DNA of 63,656 nt, the filler included, from Octopus bimaculoides (taxonomy: Eukaryota), in assembly GCF_001194135.2 (NCBI RefSeq). It is 5 parts of 4 records of this genome, joined end to end, with 100 filler letters (N's around TTAATTAATTAA, not from the genome) between each part and the next. Parts side by side here need not be neighbours in the genome. Positions count along the whole stretch, not along the records: positions 1 to 15,298 come from NC_068983.1; positions 15,399 to 22,639 come from NC_068991.1; positions 22,740 to 33,055 come from NC_068990.1; 2 more parts are not named here. The stretch is one strand, 5' to 3'. Below, one piece after another: positions 11,302 through 24,222 of this stretch (position 1 is its first letter; the number at the start of each line of letters is the position of its first letter). Below the pieces are notes generated by a model. It saw nothing but the letters and a program-made list of their open reading frames with translations. It was not told the origin of the DNA and ran no database searches. The translations under genes and the position numbers were made by a program.

Positions 11302-11949
11302 GTGTGTGTGTGTAAAGGCATGCCTAAATATTCATATATACATTCTTATGCGCAAACACATATACGCATACAAATATATTATGTATGACAATCTCTCTCA
11401 ACGATGAGTATTCATTTCGATCGACTGAATTTCTTGTTGATTGAATTACCATAAAAGTGACTGAACCCTCCACAAGCACGTAATCCTCGCACCTAATTAG
11501 TGTGACAAGGCTGGACCATTGAATTAGAATGAACAATGCAATCCACGTAGCAAATTCCACTCCCAAGGCTAAAGTGAACCGATGCTATGGTGAAAAAAAC
11601 ACGATTCCACCAAGTGATATCAAATACGGGATCCTGTGACTGCCTCCCTGTAACATCTATACAAGAATGCTGCGTTCACACATACACAGACACACACACG
11701 GATATACACACATACGCGCGCACGCACACACACACACAACTATGTATATATGTATATATCTTTGAATTCATATATTTATGTATGTATTAATTACAGTTTC
11801 ATCTTGAATTGCATTACTCAAACTTCCACAAAAGTGAGAAATGCACAGCTGATTGTCTGATTTTTTGGTTCTGAGTGAATGGGCCTTCACTGCTTCTACG
11901 TTAAGCTAGCTATCATTAAATAAAAATAAGGCAGGTTGTCATTGGCTGT

Positions 11950-12225
11950 TCTTTATCACGTAATGGTATCAATGCATATTTGGGAAATGTCGCCTAATTA
12001 AGAATAAGAAAGTTTTAGCTATGTTCGTGGAGACGCCTATACTGAATAGGGAATTGAAACAGATTATCTTTTCTTCCTCTCTTCCATAGTAGAGATCTTT
12101 CAAATGCAGAATTTTTTTCTTTACGCTACTTCTCACAAACACCCTTCTGATCACAGTTTTTAAATACCTAATTATAACAGGCGTTGATGCTAGAATTTTG
12201 ATGAATACATACGGTATCATCACTA
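11950..12225 (-). mobile_element. Penelope-like element fragment (RT-to-GIY-YIG linker)
   Basis: KIICFNSLFSIGVSTNIAKTFLFLIRRHFP matches the PLE motif IIWFNPP(Y/F)S..V.TNIGK.FL.L..KHFP. Confidence 0.7.
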
Positions 12226-13057
12226 GACTTTCTATAGAGATAGTACTTTCATGTGTTGGAGTCTAAAATAATGTTCAAAAATTGACTGTGTTTTGATTGC
12301 AGCCAAGCTCTTTGAAGACTTCTAAATCATTTCCAAGTCTATCTTTAGCGTGGCTGTTCGTGTCATGTGAAATTGTCATTCCTACACAAGACTAAGCTGT
12401 ACGGGGAAGATGATTCTTGAACGGGGAATAAGATTCTTGAGAGTATCCAAGAATACGTGTCTCAAGGATGAATAATCTAGCGAGGTCTGTGACTTCAGCT
12501 CTATCATATTTCTTGTGGAGAGATAAATAACGGGTCAGAATTATTTTTTAACCGGTGAGTTGTGTCTTTGAGTAAGCCACTTCATTTTACGTTGCTCCAA
12601 TCTACTCAGCTATTATGAATATAAAACGAGTTCTGGTGCATCCACACATCTCTCCATATACTTTCCATGTTTAGATAACAGTCAGATTATGGAAATAAAT
12701 TTATAAATATTCGATATTCCGTAAACAAAAAAACTTCGTTAACAATACCATAGGTTTCATACCATTGATTCTGAAAGCAAGAAAAAAATAATGAATCTTT
12801 GTAAGTGAATAAATGAATGCATATGAAATCTTAGATAGATGTCTAACATTTTCTAAGGGTTTTTGGCAACTAGTTACATCGCTATATCTTATGTTCTGCT
12901 GTGCATACAAATATTTTTGCATACATTGTTACGCTGCTTCCTTACTGCAAATCTTTTGAATAATAGCTAACGTGAAAGTGCGTTACAAGTCAAGAAGCTT
13001 CATTTCCTAGTGAAATATAAATAATCTATGAATTGAGTACATTTTTATTATTTATTG

Positions 13058-13139
<82 letters not shown>

Positions 13140-14199
13140 CGTTTCCGAAATAGTCTTTATATCACTGCGCACACATTTTGATCGAGCAAAATTATGACAC
13201 ACACCGCGTCGATTAAATTACTAGGTGCAACACATATATCACATGGTGGACTACATTGCTCAATGCGCTCTTTCTTTTCTAACCATGCGACAACAGGGAT
13301 GTAGTACACTTTAGTGTTGTGTAATAAAATGCGTTGCAAAATTACGGTCGACTAATGAGAGTATGGTGTAGATATACATCAGATGTAAGTCATGCCTGCA
13401 TCTGAATGTGTCAATTACTTAGTTATCTAAAGCTTATTCATTGGCTGGCATAATTGTGGTTTGTTGTTGATTCGAGGAATTTGAGCTTTTGTGTGTTTGT
13501 AATATATTATGAATACTCATTTCGATTGTTTAAATGCAAGCTGTGCAATTTTAATTACATTTTATTTATAATACGTTCGTCTATTCTTCAATCTGGGTAC
13601 ATTCCATTCATATAATATATTTTATATTCAATTTCTTTGTTTTTAATTAGGTATTGTGTCTGTTGCATTTATGTTGAATTTATTGTTTTGAATTTGTTTC
13701 TATGTTGTATAATTTGGTCAAGTAAATTTTTTGAATATTTATTATTAACTAACATTTGTTTTATTCTATTAATCTTTTTGTGCAGTGTTGCTTTTGTAGA
13801 GACATTCAAAAAATTCTTCAGAATAGAGATTTTACATATGAAGTTTTACATTTATGTAGGCATTCACTATCCCATTCTTGTATAGGCATTATTAATGGCT
13901 TTTATGTGCACGCTCAAAAATATGCTTGTTAATTTTTTTCAGATATACCTATAGATAAATAGATAGATAGATATACAGACACATGCACACACACGCACAC
14001 AAACACAAACACACACGTATATCATGTGTTCGGTTTGTGGCAATTGAAAATATCAATGTGACACATTTTCGAACGGGTTTTTTAAACAAGCGAGTATGGT
14101 TTTGCTAACAAGCACCAAGCTTTCTTGAATTGTTTTGGTAGCTTATGCAATCATAAACAGACATAAACACCTTCTTACATTTCTTAGCCTTGATTTACC

Positions 14200-14520
14200 C
14201 AAGATATGATGGCTGAGGCGAGAGTTGGCTGCACTATCACTCGGCTGTAGCTCATTAGACTGGAGCAGCGTGTAACAAACGCAGTAAACAGGTATTAGAT
14301 TCTTGCTTGTTTAAAGCCATTCTAGTATGGAATGTCTTCATTCCATTCATTGTCCAAGATTCGCGTAAACATAAACCGTTGCGATTGCTCTCCTAGCGTG
14401 TGTTTGGTTTCCATAATTCACTGTCATACAATAAAGTGCTGAGCCCATCGATCTGGTGTATGTGCATCTTTGCTCTGTTGGTCAGCATGATGTATCCCAC
14501 ACCTGCCTTTTTAGGTGGTG
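14200..14520 (-). mobile_element. RTE-clade LINE RT C-terminal fragment
   Basis: Minus strand RAKMHIHQIDGLSTLLYDSELW...RILDNEWNEDIPY, compared with the RTE pattern TK.RVY.A.VLSTLLYG.E.W...RIL.I.W.D.IPN. Confidence 0.55.
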
Positions 14521-15254
14521 GGCGTTGAACTCAGTTACTATTTAAAAGGGAAGGGTGTGACGATTCTATCTAGTAGTAGTCTCGGGTTCCTCCGACTCCG
14601 GCAAATAGTACCTGGGATGGGACCCTGAGCAGGATTACATATCTCTAGCTGCCAGCAAATAGATTCACTTCCACATGCAACAGAAACTTGGAGATAAGAT
14701 CTATCAAAGATCCGGAATGTAGTCCTTAAACTGGTCTGATGTACTGATCGAGAATCCTTCAGTTAATCCTTCAGCTAAACTGGTGCCAAGTGTATAATTT
14801 TGTGCTCCTTGCGAGAATGAGCGAGTGTATTCGTGTGTCTAGGTAATCCAGGGTCTTATTTATAGCTTGGATTTGAACTCTGATGTTGTTACATCAGTGT
14901 GACGGCGAAGAAGTGAGAAAAACTTACACCTTTACGAGTATTGAGACTTGAATATATACCATACTTAAATCTGCTTAATATAACAAAATAGAAGCTTCAC
15001 CTTACAATTGTATTTATAACTCCGAAGCCTAGATGTACTGATCAGCAAGTCTCGCTTCAAACCAGTTGCAGTGGATCCGTGTCAATGACCAGGACGCAAT
15101 TAGTGCGACGAAAGTGCTGACACCAAATAATAAAAGTAAAATTAGCAATTTTTGTGTGGTTGCAAACAGCTATAATAGTTTTAGTTTCAACAACACACGG
15201 TTTCAGTTCAAATCATTTGCCAGACAAGTACATCTCTCTCTCTCTCTCTCTCAC

Positions 15255-15298
<44 letters not shown>

Positions 15299-15398
15299 NN
15301 NNNNNNNNNNNNNNNNNNNNNNNNNNNNNNNNNNNNNNNNNNTTAATTAATTAANNNNNNNNNNNNNNNNNNNNNNNNNNNNNNNNNNNNNNNNNNNN
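15299..15398. other. Assembly gap with artificial TTAATTAATTAA spacer
   Basis: N44-TTAATTAATTAA-N44. The same spacer is at 22684-22695, 33100-33111 and 37378-37389. It puts stop codons in all six frames. Confidence 0.9.
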
Positions 15399-15464
15399 CA
15401 TAGGGTAAAAAATCATTGAAAGAATCAGAGATTCAGAAAAAATATCTGAGATCTCAGGGGATTA

Positions 15465-15525
<61 letters not shown>

Positions 15526-15677
15526 AGTGTGTGTGTGTGTGTGTATATATATATTATATTCATATGGAATGCCTCTTGTTAGCCATGGAGACTAGAATCA
15601 GCACAGTTGTGGCATGTTTCCAAAAACCACTCCTCTGGCTGTGCCACTCACAGTTCATATCACTGAGCCATAAATCA

Positions 15678-15785
15678 TCATCATCATTGTTTAGCGTCCA
15701 TTTTCCATGCTGGCATAGATTAGACGGTTTGACAAGAGCCAGCTACACTCCAATCGTCTGTTGTGACAGGGTTTCTATGGCTGTT
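15678..15785 (-). mobile_element. Retroposon 3' end with (TGA)n tail (RTE-type tail)
   Basis: Plus strand TCATCATCATCATTGTTTAGCGTCCATTTTCCATGCTGGCAT reads on the minus strand as ATGCCAGCATGGAAAATGGACGCTAAACAATGATGATGATGA. Confidence 0.5.
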
Positions 15786-15894
15786 GTAAACAAAAGAGCT
15801 CAGAATGTAGAGGATAACAACATACAAGTGAGACAGTAAAACATGGACAAATGCATGTAATAAAGTTCAATGAAAATTCATATATATATATCTT

Positions 15895-16000
15895 TTATTT
15901 TTTACTTGTTTTAGTTATCAAACAGTGGCCATGCTGGGGCACTGCCTTGAAGTATTTCTAGTCAAATGAATTGACCCCAGGACTCATCTTTTTTTTCAGC
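15895..16000 (-). mobile_element. SINE family 1, 3' part
   Basis: Reverse complement of the family-1 tail (TGGCCATGCTGGGGCACTGCCTTGAAG). Confidence 0.7.
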
Positions 16001-16033
16001 CNNNNNNNNNNAACAGCTAAGTTATGGCTATGT

Positions 16034-16374
16034 TGTTGTTGTTGGCACTCTGTCACTTACGACGTCGAGGGTTCCAGTTGATCCAATCAACGGAACAGCC
16101 TGCTCGTGAAATTAACGTGCAAGTGGCTGAGCACTCCACAGACACGAGTACCCTTAACGTATTTCTTGGGGATATTCAGCGTGACACAGTGTGACAAGGC
16201 TGACCCTTTGAATTACAGGCACAACAGAAACAGGAAGTAAGAGTGAGAGAAAGTTGTGGTGAAAGAGTACAGCAGGGTTCGCCACCATCCCCTGCTGGAG
16301 CCTCGTCTGGGAATCGAAACCGCGATTCTATGACCACGTGTCCGCTGCCATAACCACTGGGCCATTGCCCTTCC
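16034..16374 (-). mobile_element. tRNA-derived SINE family 3 with (AAC)n tail
   Basis: Reverse complement of 34992-35382 with an internal deletion. 11-bp TSD TATGGCTATGT at 16023-16033 and 16375-16385. Confidence 0.9.
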
Positions 16375-16429
16375 TATGGCTATGTAGACACACTAAATAG
16401 TGGTGGGGGGAAAGCAAAGACACAAAGAG

Positions 16430-16558
16430 ACACACATACATATATACAACAGGCCTCTTTCAGCCTCCGTGTACCACATCCACTTCACAAGGCCTTGGTC
16501 GGAATAGAGGTCACAAAAGTAACAGATGGTACTATATATACATACATACCTACATACC

Positions 16559-16614
<56 letters not shown>

Positions 16615-16780
16615 GACATGCACCAAACTTTTTTCAGTTTCCATCTACCAAATCCACTCACAAGGCTTTGGTGAGCCTAAGGCTATAGTAGAGAACACTT
16701 GGTTCGAGGTGTCATGCAGTGTGGCCAAACCTGGAACTATATGGTTGGGAAGCAAGCTTCTTACCACACAGCCATGCCAG
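16430..16780 (-). mobile_element. SINE family 1, two partial 5' copies
   Basis: TTTCAGTTTCCATCTACCAAATCCACTCACAAGGCTTTGG...GCAAGCTTCTTACCACACAGCCATGCC is the reverse complement of the family-1 head. Confidence 0.8.
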
Positions 16781-17327
16781 CTTATATGTAAATATACTTA
16801 GTCTTATTGTAAAATCCTAATTAATCAGAATATGAGATAAAAAAAAAATTACATTAGGTTCCCTTCAAAATGTTATATTCAAGTCATATAGCTTATGGTG
16901 TAGGCATAGATACACATTCCATGAATTAGCCATAAACACATAAAAGACACAGAAGTGTAAATATATTTATACATTCTCAGGCACACATTCTGGCTTGTTT
17001 GCCAGTATTCATATTTGAATTTATACATTCATCAATTATACTTGATCTTGCTGTGAAACAGACCTGACTTATTATTGTGATAGTCTATTTTCTAATTATA
17101 AATTCTCAATTAACTTGGATTTGTCGTTAAACCTTCACCAAGTCTAGATACACAGTCGGTTATGTGATGTGGCAGATAATTTACAATAATTTGTGGTGGA
17201 ACAGAAAACTCCAATTTAGATCAATTAACATTCCAGTACCTCTTTAGGCACTCATATTGCAGGTATATATATTGTTTACTGGATTTATAATAGTTATATG
17301 TACATACAGTTATTCACACACACGCAC

Positions 17328-17358
<31 letters not shown>

Positions 17359-17369
17359 GATATATGGTC

Positions 17370-17515
17370 AAATAAGTTTGCATTGCAACCACATGGGTTT
17401 GGGTTCAGTTCCACCGTCTGGTACCTTGGGCAAGTAGCTTGTGCTATTTCTCCAGGAAAACCAATATTTTGTGAGTGAATGATACATGGAAACAGTGTAG
17501 AAGCCCACCATATAT
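17370..17515 (+). mobile_element. Degenerate SINE family 1 fragment
   Basis: CAACCACATGGGTTTGGGTTCAGTTCCACC..CTTGGGCAAGT..GTGAGTGAAT..GAAGCCC. Confidence 0.65.
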
Positions 17516-17933
17516 ATATGTAACAGAAGAGTGTTTGGAATCACCAAATGTAAAGTACAGACGGTTGTGGTGCTCACTTCAGGGTTACCAATTGTAGCAT
17601 ACAAATGAAAAGTTACTTGATGTAGAAATAATGATGCATGTTTCATGTCGGGGTTGCTATATGTAGATGATCGAAAGTAGGATGAGACAACATTGAAGAA
17701 AAAAGAACAATATTCATAGATTTATTTACCAGCAGTGGTTAGTAACACAGACATAATTGTAGTCGTATAAGTGACAATGGTACAACATATGATTAATGCT
17801 TACTTTAACTCCTGGTCACCAAAACAAAATAAAATAAGTGTAACAGATGTAAAAAAAAATGTTTAGAAAATAAATAATGGAAGCAAAAATTTGCGCAAAC
17901 GAACGGGGTGGGGGTAGGGAGAAAACTTTCACA

Positions 17934-18250
17934 AAATTCACACAATCCAATTTTTCCCTCATAACTTTCAGGAAAACGGATATATATTTATGAAATTTTA
18001 TAGAAATACCTTTCAAATGGCATAGACTATGATTATAAAGAAATCTGTGGGGAGAATTTTTTCAGAAGGGGTGGGAAGAGGATTTGGGGAAAATTCACAC
18101 AATCCAATTTTTTCCCTCCTAACTTTCAGGAAAATAGGTATCTTTTAATAAAAGTTTACACATGTACTTTTCAAATGGCATAGATTACAATTATAAAGAA
18201 ATTTGTAGGGGGAAATTTTTCCAAGTGGGTGGGGAGAGGAGTTTCAGATC
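17934..18250. repeat. Diverged tandem repeat, ~157-bp unit, about two copies
   Basis: AAATTCACACAATCCAATTTTT..AACTTTCAGGAAAA..TTTCAAATGGCATAGA..TTATAAAGAAAT starts at 17934 and again at 18091. Confidence 0.85.
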
Positions 18251-18939
18251 AAGAAGACCACATAAGTTGGAATTTCTCCATTCTGACGGGAGATTTTTCC
18301 AATTGTTTTTCACCACAGCTTTTGAAATGATGGAGAGCATCTTTTTATGAAAAAACGGTTTGGAAAATTTATGATTTTATTAACTCTTCCCCCCACTGCT
18401 TAATGATGATACCAATGGACCATATGCATGCTCCATTGGTGGCATATAAACATCAACAAAAAATGATAATTTAAATTTTTACCCTCACCTTATTAAGTGA
18501 GGCCATGTGTGTGTAAGAAAAAAACATTTTCTAACAGAAAAGTATGCTATTTAAAATTAATTATCTTTTACATACTTATTTTTTTAAATCACTGTGAATA
18601 AATGCCAGAAATGAACTCAGGCTCTCCAATATTTGAAATTATAATAAAAAACAATCAGCGTTTTTCTCTTAGTGTATAATTATTTATATATATATATATA
18701 TATATATTAATATATATATGTATATGTTTATATATGTATATATTAATATATAGAGGTTATGAGCGGTAGTGGTGTCAATTAGACCCAGAGGTTTCAGGTA
18801 ATGCTCCAGGTTTGGTGATTATGTGAATAAGGGGTCCAACTTAGGTCATATATTAGCGTATGAATATAAGGATTTACTTTTCATAATGAGATAAAAAAAC
18901 CAAGGCTGTGTACATTATAGAATATTTATGAATAGAAGG

Positions 18940-18985
18940 TCTTACAGCTGTTTCCAGAATATTTATTATATCCCTTCATCAGAGA
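18940..18985 (-). ncRNA. Minimal type-I hammerhead ribozyme-like motif downstream of the PLE ORF
   Basis: Minus strand TCT-CTGATGA-A-GGGATAT aataa ATATTCT-G-GAAA-C-AGCT-GTA-AGA. Intact core, stem II with G-U pairs, palindromic AGCT loop, 3-bp stem I. Confidence 0.6.
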
Positions 18986-19589
18986 TGGTGTGATAGGATG
19001 GTTAAGCAATAGTTAATTTAGATAAGATAGGAAATACAGAGTGAATGTAGGGATATTCTATATTGTAATTCCATTGTTTAGGCAGAATGGTATACATATA
19101 AGATTCCAATACCTTGTGGGTAAAATCCAATAGTCCTTAAGATTGGTCATTGCATTTGTAAATCCATTATTAAGATTCCAATACCCTATGAGTAAAATCC
19201 AACAGTCTTTGAAATTGTTCATTCCAAATACAGAGTTAATACACAGTGTTATTGAATCAAGAGTTCTGTTTAAAGTGACCTAAAAGTAGGGGATGTATTA
19301 CTAAGGTTAAATCGAAAACAGGAAGAGAGGAATAAAGGAAGAGGATAAAAAGGGGGAGAGAAAGAGAAGATAAAAGGAAGAAAATAATAAAAGGAATACA
19401 AAAATAGAGATAAGGGAAAATGTACCAGAATGGTCAGTGAATATAATAAGTAGGAATGGGAAGATAAGGGTGATAGAGAGAGAAAGGTAGGAGTGAAGAG
19501 AGGAAGTAGGTGCCAAAGCAAGAGAGGAGAGGTGGGTGGGAGGAAGTAGGTGTGAGAGGAGGAGAGGAGAGAGGAGGAGGGTTAGATGA

Positions 19590-21600
19590 AGAGGGGAGGA
19601 AAGTTGAGCCCATGTGGTGCAAAGGTGCGAAGAGAGAAGAATAATCCCTGCTCACAGCGAAGATGAGAGTCCGGATGGCCCCATGTGCAAGGACAATCTG
19701 AACACAGACAGGTGTTGTAAAGAGTGACCGGTAGAGCGGAAATGGTGCGAGACCAGGGTATCGTTGCTGAGTCGGCTGTCTTGGAGGTGTTCCATGAGCT
19801 GGTCAGCCAAGCAGCGTCCCGTTTGCCTGATGTGTAGAGAAGGANNNNNNNNNNAGGAGGGTGGTGTTGGAGAGGTAAGGACAAGTACAGTAGCATGGGC
19901 AGGAGCAGGGGAATGAGCTGGGTTGGGAGGTTGGGTTAGAGAAGAAGTTGTGGACCAAGAGGTCTCGTAGGTTGTGGGTTCTTTTGAAGGAGGGAGGGGT
20001 TGGTTAGGGAAGATGTGCAAAGTGGAGGGGTCGGATTGGAGTCGCCAGAAGGTTCAGAGAATGGTGCATTGGAGAGGTAGGGTGGTGGGGTGGTAGGTGA
20101 GGGGAAACGGGAGATGGGTAATGGCGAGGCAGGTGCAGGGGAGAGAGCAGATGCACAGTCCACAGAACGTGCTCTGGCAAGGGCAGTGTGGATAGTGGGG
20201 TGGGGATATCCACGTAGGATGAAGTGGGGAACCATGAGTTGAGACTGAGTTTCAAAGTCATGGTTGTCACTGCAGAGCCTTTGTAGACGAAGGAATAGGG
20301 GATTTAGAGCTCGGTGTGTTTAGGGTGGCAGGAGGAGAAGTTGAGGTATGAGTGTGAGTGTGTGTTCGTAGTGGATGGAGGTGGTGAGAGTGGAGTGATG
20401 AATGCTGACCAAAATGTTGAGAAAGGTGACTGAGGTGTTGGAAATAGTGCAGGAGAAGTGGAGGGCAGGATGGTAAGATTTGACAAAAGAGAGGAAGGAG
20501 TCTAGATGTTCGTGGGAGAGTGAGGAAGCACCGATACAGTCATCAATATAAAAACTGTATAGTTCAGGAGTGGGATCAGTGAAACTGGAGAATATTTGGG
20601 CCTCAACGTAGCCAATGAACAGGTTCACATAGTTGGGGCCCATTCTCATTCCCATGGCCACTCCTGAGATCTGCTGGTAAAAACACACGCGAACGAGAAG
20701 CAGTTAAGTGAGTGGCCAGACGAAGGAGTGTGGATGTGTCAGGTTGGGGTTGGNNNNNNNNNNNNNNNNNNNNNNNNNNNNNNNNNNNNNNNNNNNNNNN
20801 NNNNNNNNNNNNNNNNNNNNNNNNNNNNNNNNNNNNNNNNNNNNNNNNNNNNNNNNNNNNNNNNNNNNNNNNNNNNNNNNNNNNNNNNNNNNNNNNNNNN
20901 NNNNNNNNNNNNNNNNNNNNNNNNNNNNNNNNNNNNNNNNNNNNNNNNNNNNNNNNNNNNNNNNNNNNNNNNNNNNNNNNNNNNNNNNNNNNNNNNNNNN
21001 NNNNNNNNNNNNNNNNNNNNNNNNNNNNNNNNNNNNNNNNNNNNNNNNNNNNNNNNNNNNNNNNNNNNNNNNNNNNNNNNNNNNNNNNNNNNNNNNNNNN
21101 NNNNNNNNNNNNNNNNNNNNNNNNNNNNNNNNNNNNNNNNNNNNNNNNNNNNNNNNNNNNNNNNNNNNNNNNNNNNNNNNNNNNNNNNNNNNNNNNNNNN
21201 NNNNNNNNNNNNNNNNNNNNNNNNNNNNNNNNNNNNNNNNNNNNNNNNNNNNNNNNNNNNNNNNNNNNNNNNNNNNNNNNNNNNNNNNNNNNNNNNNNNN
21301 NNNNNNNNNNNNNNNNNNNNNNNNNNNNNNNNNNNNNNNNGAGGTCTGCGTGCCACACTACCATGGCTCCACCCTTGTCGGCCGGTTTTATGATGATGTC
21401 CATACGGCATCGGAGACATCGAAGGGCTGAGAGTTTGACTGGGGAGATGTTCAGATGTCGGGGACGCTTAGAAAAGTCAAACCAGTCCGCAGCACACTGG
21501 CAGGCACCCGCAAAAAGATAGACTGCTTGGAACTGACCAGGAGCTGGCGTCCACTGGGATGGTCGGTGGCCCAGGTCGGTGAAGCAGTCCTCCTCATTAG
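19590..21600 (-). mobile_element. Penelope-like retroelement, degraded RT plus GIY-YIG endonuclease (gap inside)
   Basis: DIIIKPADKGGAMVVW; YQQISGVAMGMRMGPNYVNLFIGYVE...YIDD (PLE RT); HIRQTGRCLADQLMEHL..VSHHF..GHS and RLRCEQ.LFFSLRTFAPHGLN (GIY-YIG region). Confidence 0.92.
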
Positions 21601-21679
21601 ATGCAGGTGGTGTGTCATGGAAAAGTCTTATTGATTACCTCTTTGTCTTTTTCTTATTAGTCCTTATTGCACTTCTAGG

Positions 21680-22260
21680 TTATGTGTATGTATGTATTCT
21701 GTGTGTTGCATGTATATATGTATGCATGCCTGCGTGGGTATGTTTATGCACTTACGCTCGTGTTTTTATATGTATGTGTGTATATATATATGTGTATATG
21801 TGTGTATGTGTATGTATGTGTATATATATGTACATATGTATATATTTGTGTGTGTTTTTTATGTGTATGTATGTGTATGCATACTTATATAACCATATGT
21901 GTATATATATATTTGCATATAGTTATGTGTGCATGTTTTACTTGTATGCTTTTGTGTTTGCGCATGAATGTATTTTATGTTTTTTTGTCTACATGTTTAT
22001 ATACAAGTATATGCAGATGTGTATGTATGTATACTTGTTTTTGTGTGTATATGCATGTTTTTGTGTATCGATACATTAACGCACACGCATATACATGTGT
22101 ATATCTGTGTATATATAGGTGTATTTCTATATGTTTATTATATGTCTTTTCTTTGGTGTATTTTGCAGCACTTCTGTGATTTTTTGTTTCCTGGTTGGGT
22201 GGATGTGTATATATTTGTTCTTCAATATTAATATGTATATGTATAATTTTCTATGTTTTT
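21680..22260. repeat. Degenerate TG/TA low-complexity tract
   Basis: Read directly. It produces spurious C/M/Y/V-rich ORFs. Confidence 0.9.
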
Positions 22261-22739
22261 TTTTCTACTAGTCCAGCTGTTACGCTATATTCTACTACAA
22301 TAGCCCTGTTTATTATACTTTGTCTCAACCTGTTACAATTTTTTTAAACCTGTTACAATTTTTACAAACGAACACATATTAACAGAGAATATAGGTGATA
22401 CAGACACTCCCCATACACACATGCACTTACAAAAGACACAGACACATTGAAAGACATGCATGCGTAGACACATACAATAGGAATACAAAATACAAAATAG
22501 CTGATAGTTAGCAAGGTGAGACACACATAAGAAAGAAGGAAACAAAGGACCACTGATGAGGTCACAGAAGTGTAACGAAAGAACTCTGGCCGAAATAAGA
22601 TTAAGATTAATGTAATATAAAGCTGAAGCAAATTAACACNNNNNNNNNNNNNNNNNNNNNNNNNNNNNNNNNNNNNNNNNNNNTTAATTAATTAANNNNN
22701 NNNNNNNNNNNNNNNNNNNNNNNNNNNNNNNNNNNNNNN

Positions 22740-22773
<34 letters not shown>

Positions 22774-23949
22774 GCACATGTGTGTTTACTTATACACGTG
22801 CGTATGTGTGCGCGTGTGTATTATATATATATATGTATATAATAGTATATCTATGGTTTTACTTTGCATTTATATCCTGTGTATTCCTGAATTTTTAATT
22901 TGTCATCTTTTAAAACGTATCTGACTTCCGTATTCTTTCGCTCCAACAATTCTTTCTTAATGTCTACAGAGGGAATTGTCATCGAAAAATAGCAAATTGT
23001 CTTTGTAAGGTTGCAAAATCTTTTCAGCATTTGACAAAGTGAGAGACAGAAGAAAGGAACGAGTAATACTACAAATGTCAAATGGAAATCATTGGCTGTG
23101 TATTTCCTTTTATCTATTGTCTACGTTGTGCGCTGTAAAGTCATTTTATCTTTCACTGTCGTGTTCACTCGTGCTGTGTTCAGTGTATTATTCTAATGTT
23201 CCACTGCGTACCATCTATTGTACATTAAATTACTACAGATCTTATAACTAATGTAAAGGGAAATCAGCATGACTGTAGTTTGAAATTACATATTATATGG
23301 TATATGTGCGTATTGGGGAATGGGCATGACTGAATAGCTAAGAAATCCGTCTCGAGATCATTATGACCCAATTTCGGCACTTAGAGTAAGTGTATTCTAC
23401 CTTACCTTCTGGTGGACCGACTCATTTTCAGTGAACTTAGAAATACAGAACCTGCATGGAAATCTCAGCCTGGTTACATATGGTTACATAGGGAATCACC
23501 CTGACTTCGCTGGAATACCACGGTAAAGAAATATGCCAATGTAATAACCCCTCACGCAATCATTCAATAGACCGCTCGCTTCATTCATCGAACAACTGAA
23601 AATGCCATCGTGAAAATCGAGAATGAAAATTTTATTTGTTGTTTAACTGGGTCAAATTACCATTTTTGTTTCAGGAACGATACGGTAAGATATCTTCAAT
23701 AGATTACTGCACTAAGACGGGGAACTTCAATAGATTACACACTTAGATGAGGAACTTTCACTCAAATATGTAATACATTTCAGTGAGACTTCAGATTTCA
23801 AACTAAGGATATGGATATTGATATATTGTAATGCATATAACATGATCAAAGTATAAATACTTCAAAACACTTCAAATAATCTTCACACCGGTTGCTACAA
23901 ATCCATTGTAGCTATTACTAGAGGATAATATAGGTACATACATATACAC

Positions 23950-24038
<89 letters not shown>

Positions 24039-24168
24039 GGTATCTAAGCGATACCACCATGTTATAGATAGCAGTCAAAACTTAACTCTAAGACCACTTC
24101 ATGTATTCATACAGCACAAAGTGAAAAGACAAATAGACAAATAAACTAGCAAAAAAATTATTGGATAA

Positions 24169-24222
24169 TCCCAGATCCGGATTTCTGGCTCTATAAAAAT
24201 ATATTCTGCCTCATCAGTGAGA
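24169..24222 (-). ncRNA. Minimal type-I hammerhead ribozyme motif
   Basis: Minus strand TCTCA-CTGATGA-GGC agaatatatttttataga GCC-A-GAAA-T-CCGG-ATC-TGGGA. Stem I is 5 bp and the stem-III loop is the palindrome CCGG. Confidence 0.7.

Noticed and set aside
15343-15354. TTAATTAATTAA palindrome repeated four times in the window
   Set aside because: It always sits in the centre of an N-run, so it is an assembly spacer rather than biology.
20603-21521. Long ORFs of 200-500 aa in the ORF track (also at 24.2, 35.8, 37.9, 40.7-42.3, 52.1 and 57.7 kb)
   Set aside because: Their length comes from runs of N translated as X. Only the flanking real residues were used as evidence.
21579-22231. Cys/Met/Tyr/Val-rich or poly-Ile/Leu/Asn ORFs (also at 328-589, 2208-2941, 15465, 26596, 27470, 32138 and 47882)
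   Set aside because: They are translations of (TG)n, (TA)n, (TACA)n and trinucleotide microsatellites.
22550-22615. CTGATGA-GGTCA...TGGCC-GAAA hammerhead-like string
   Set aside because: Stem II forms, but I could not pair stem I or a credible stem III.
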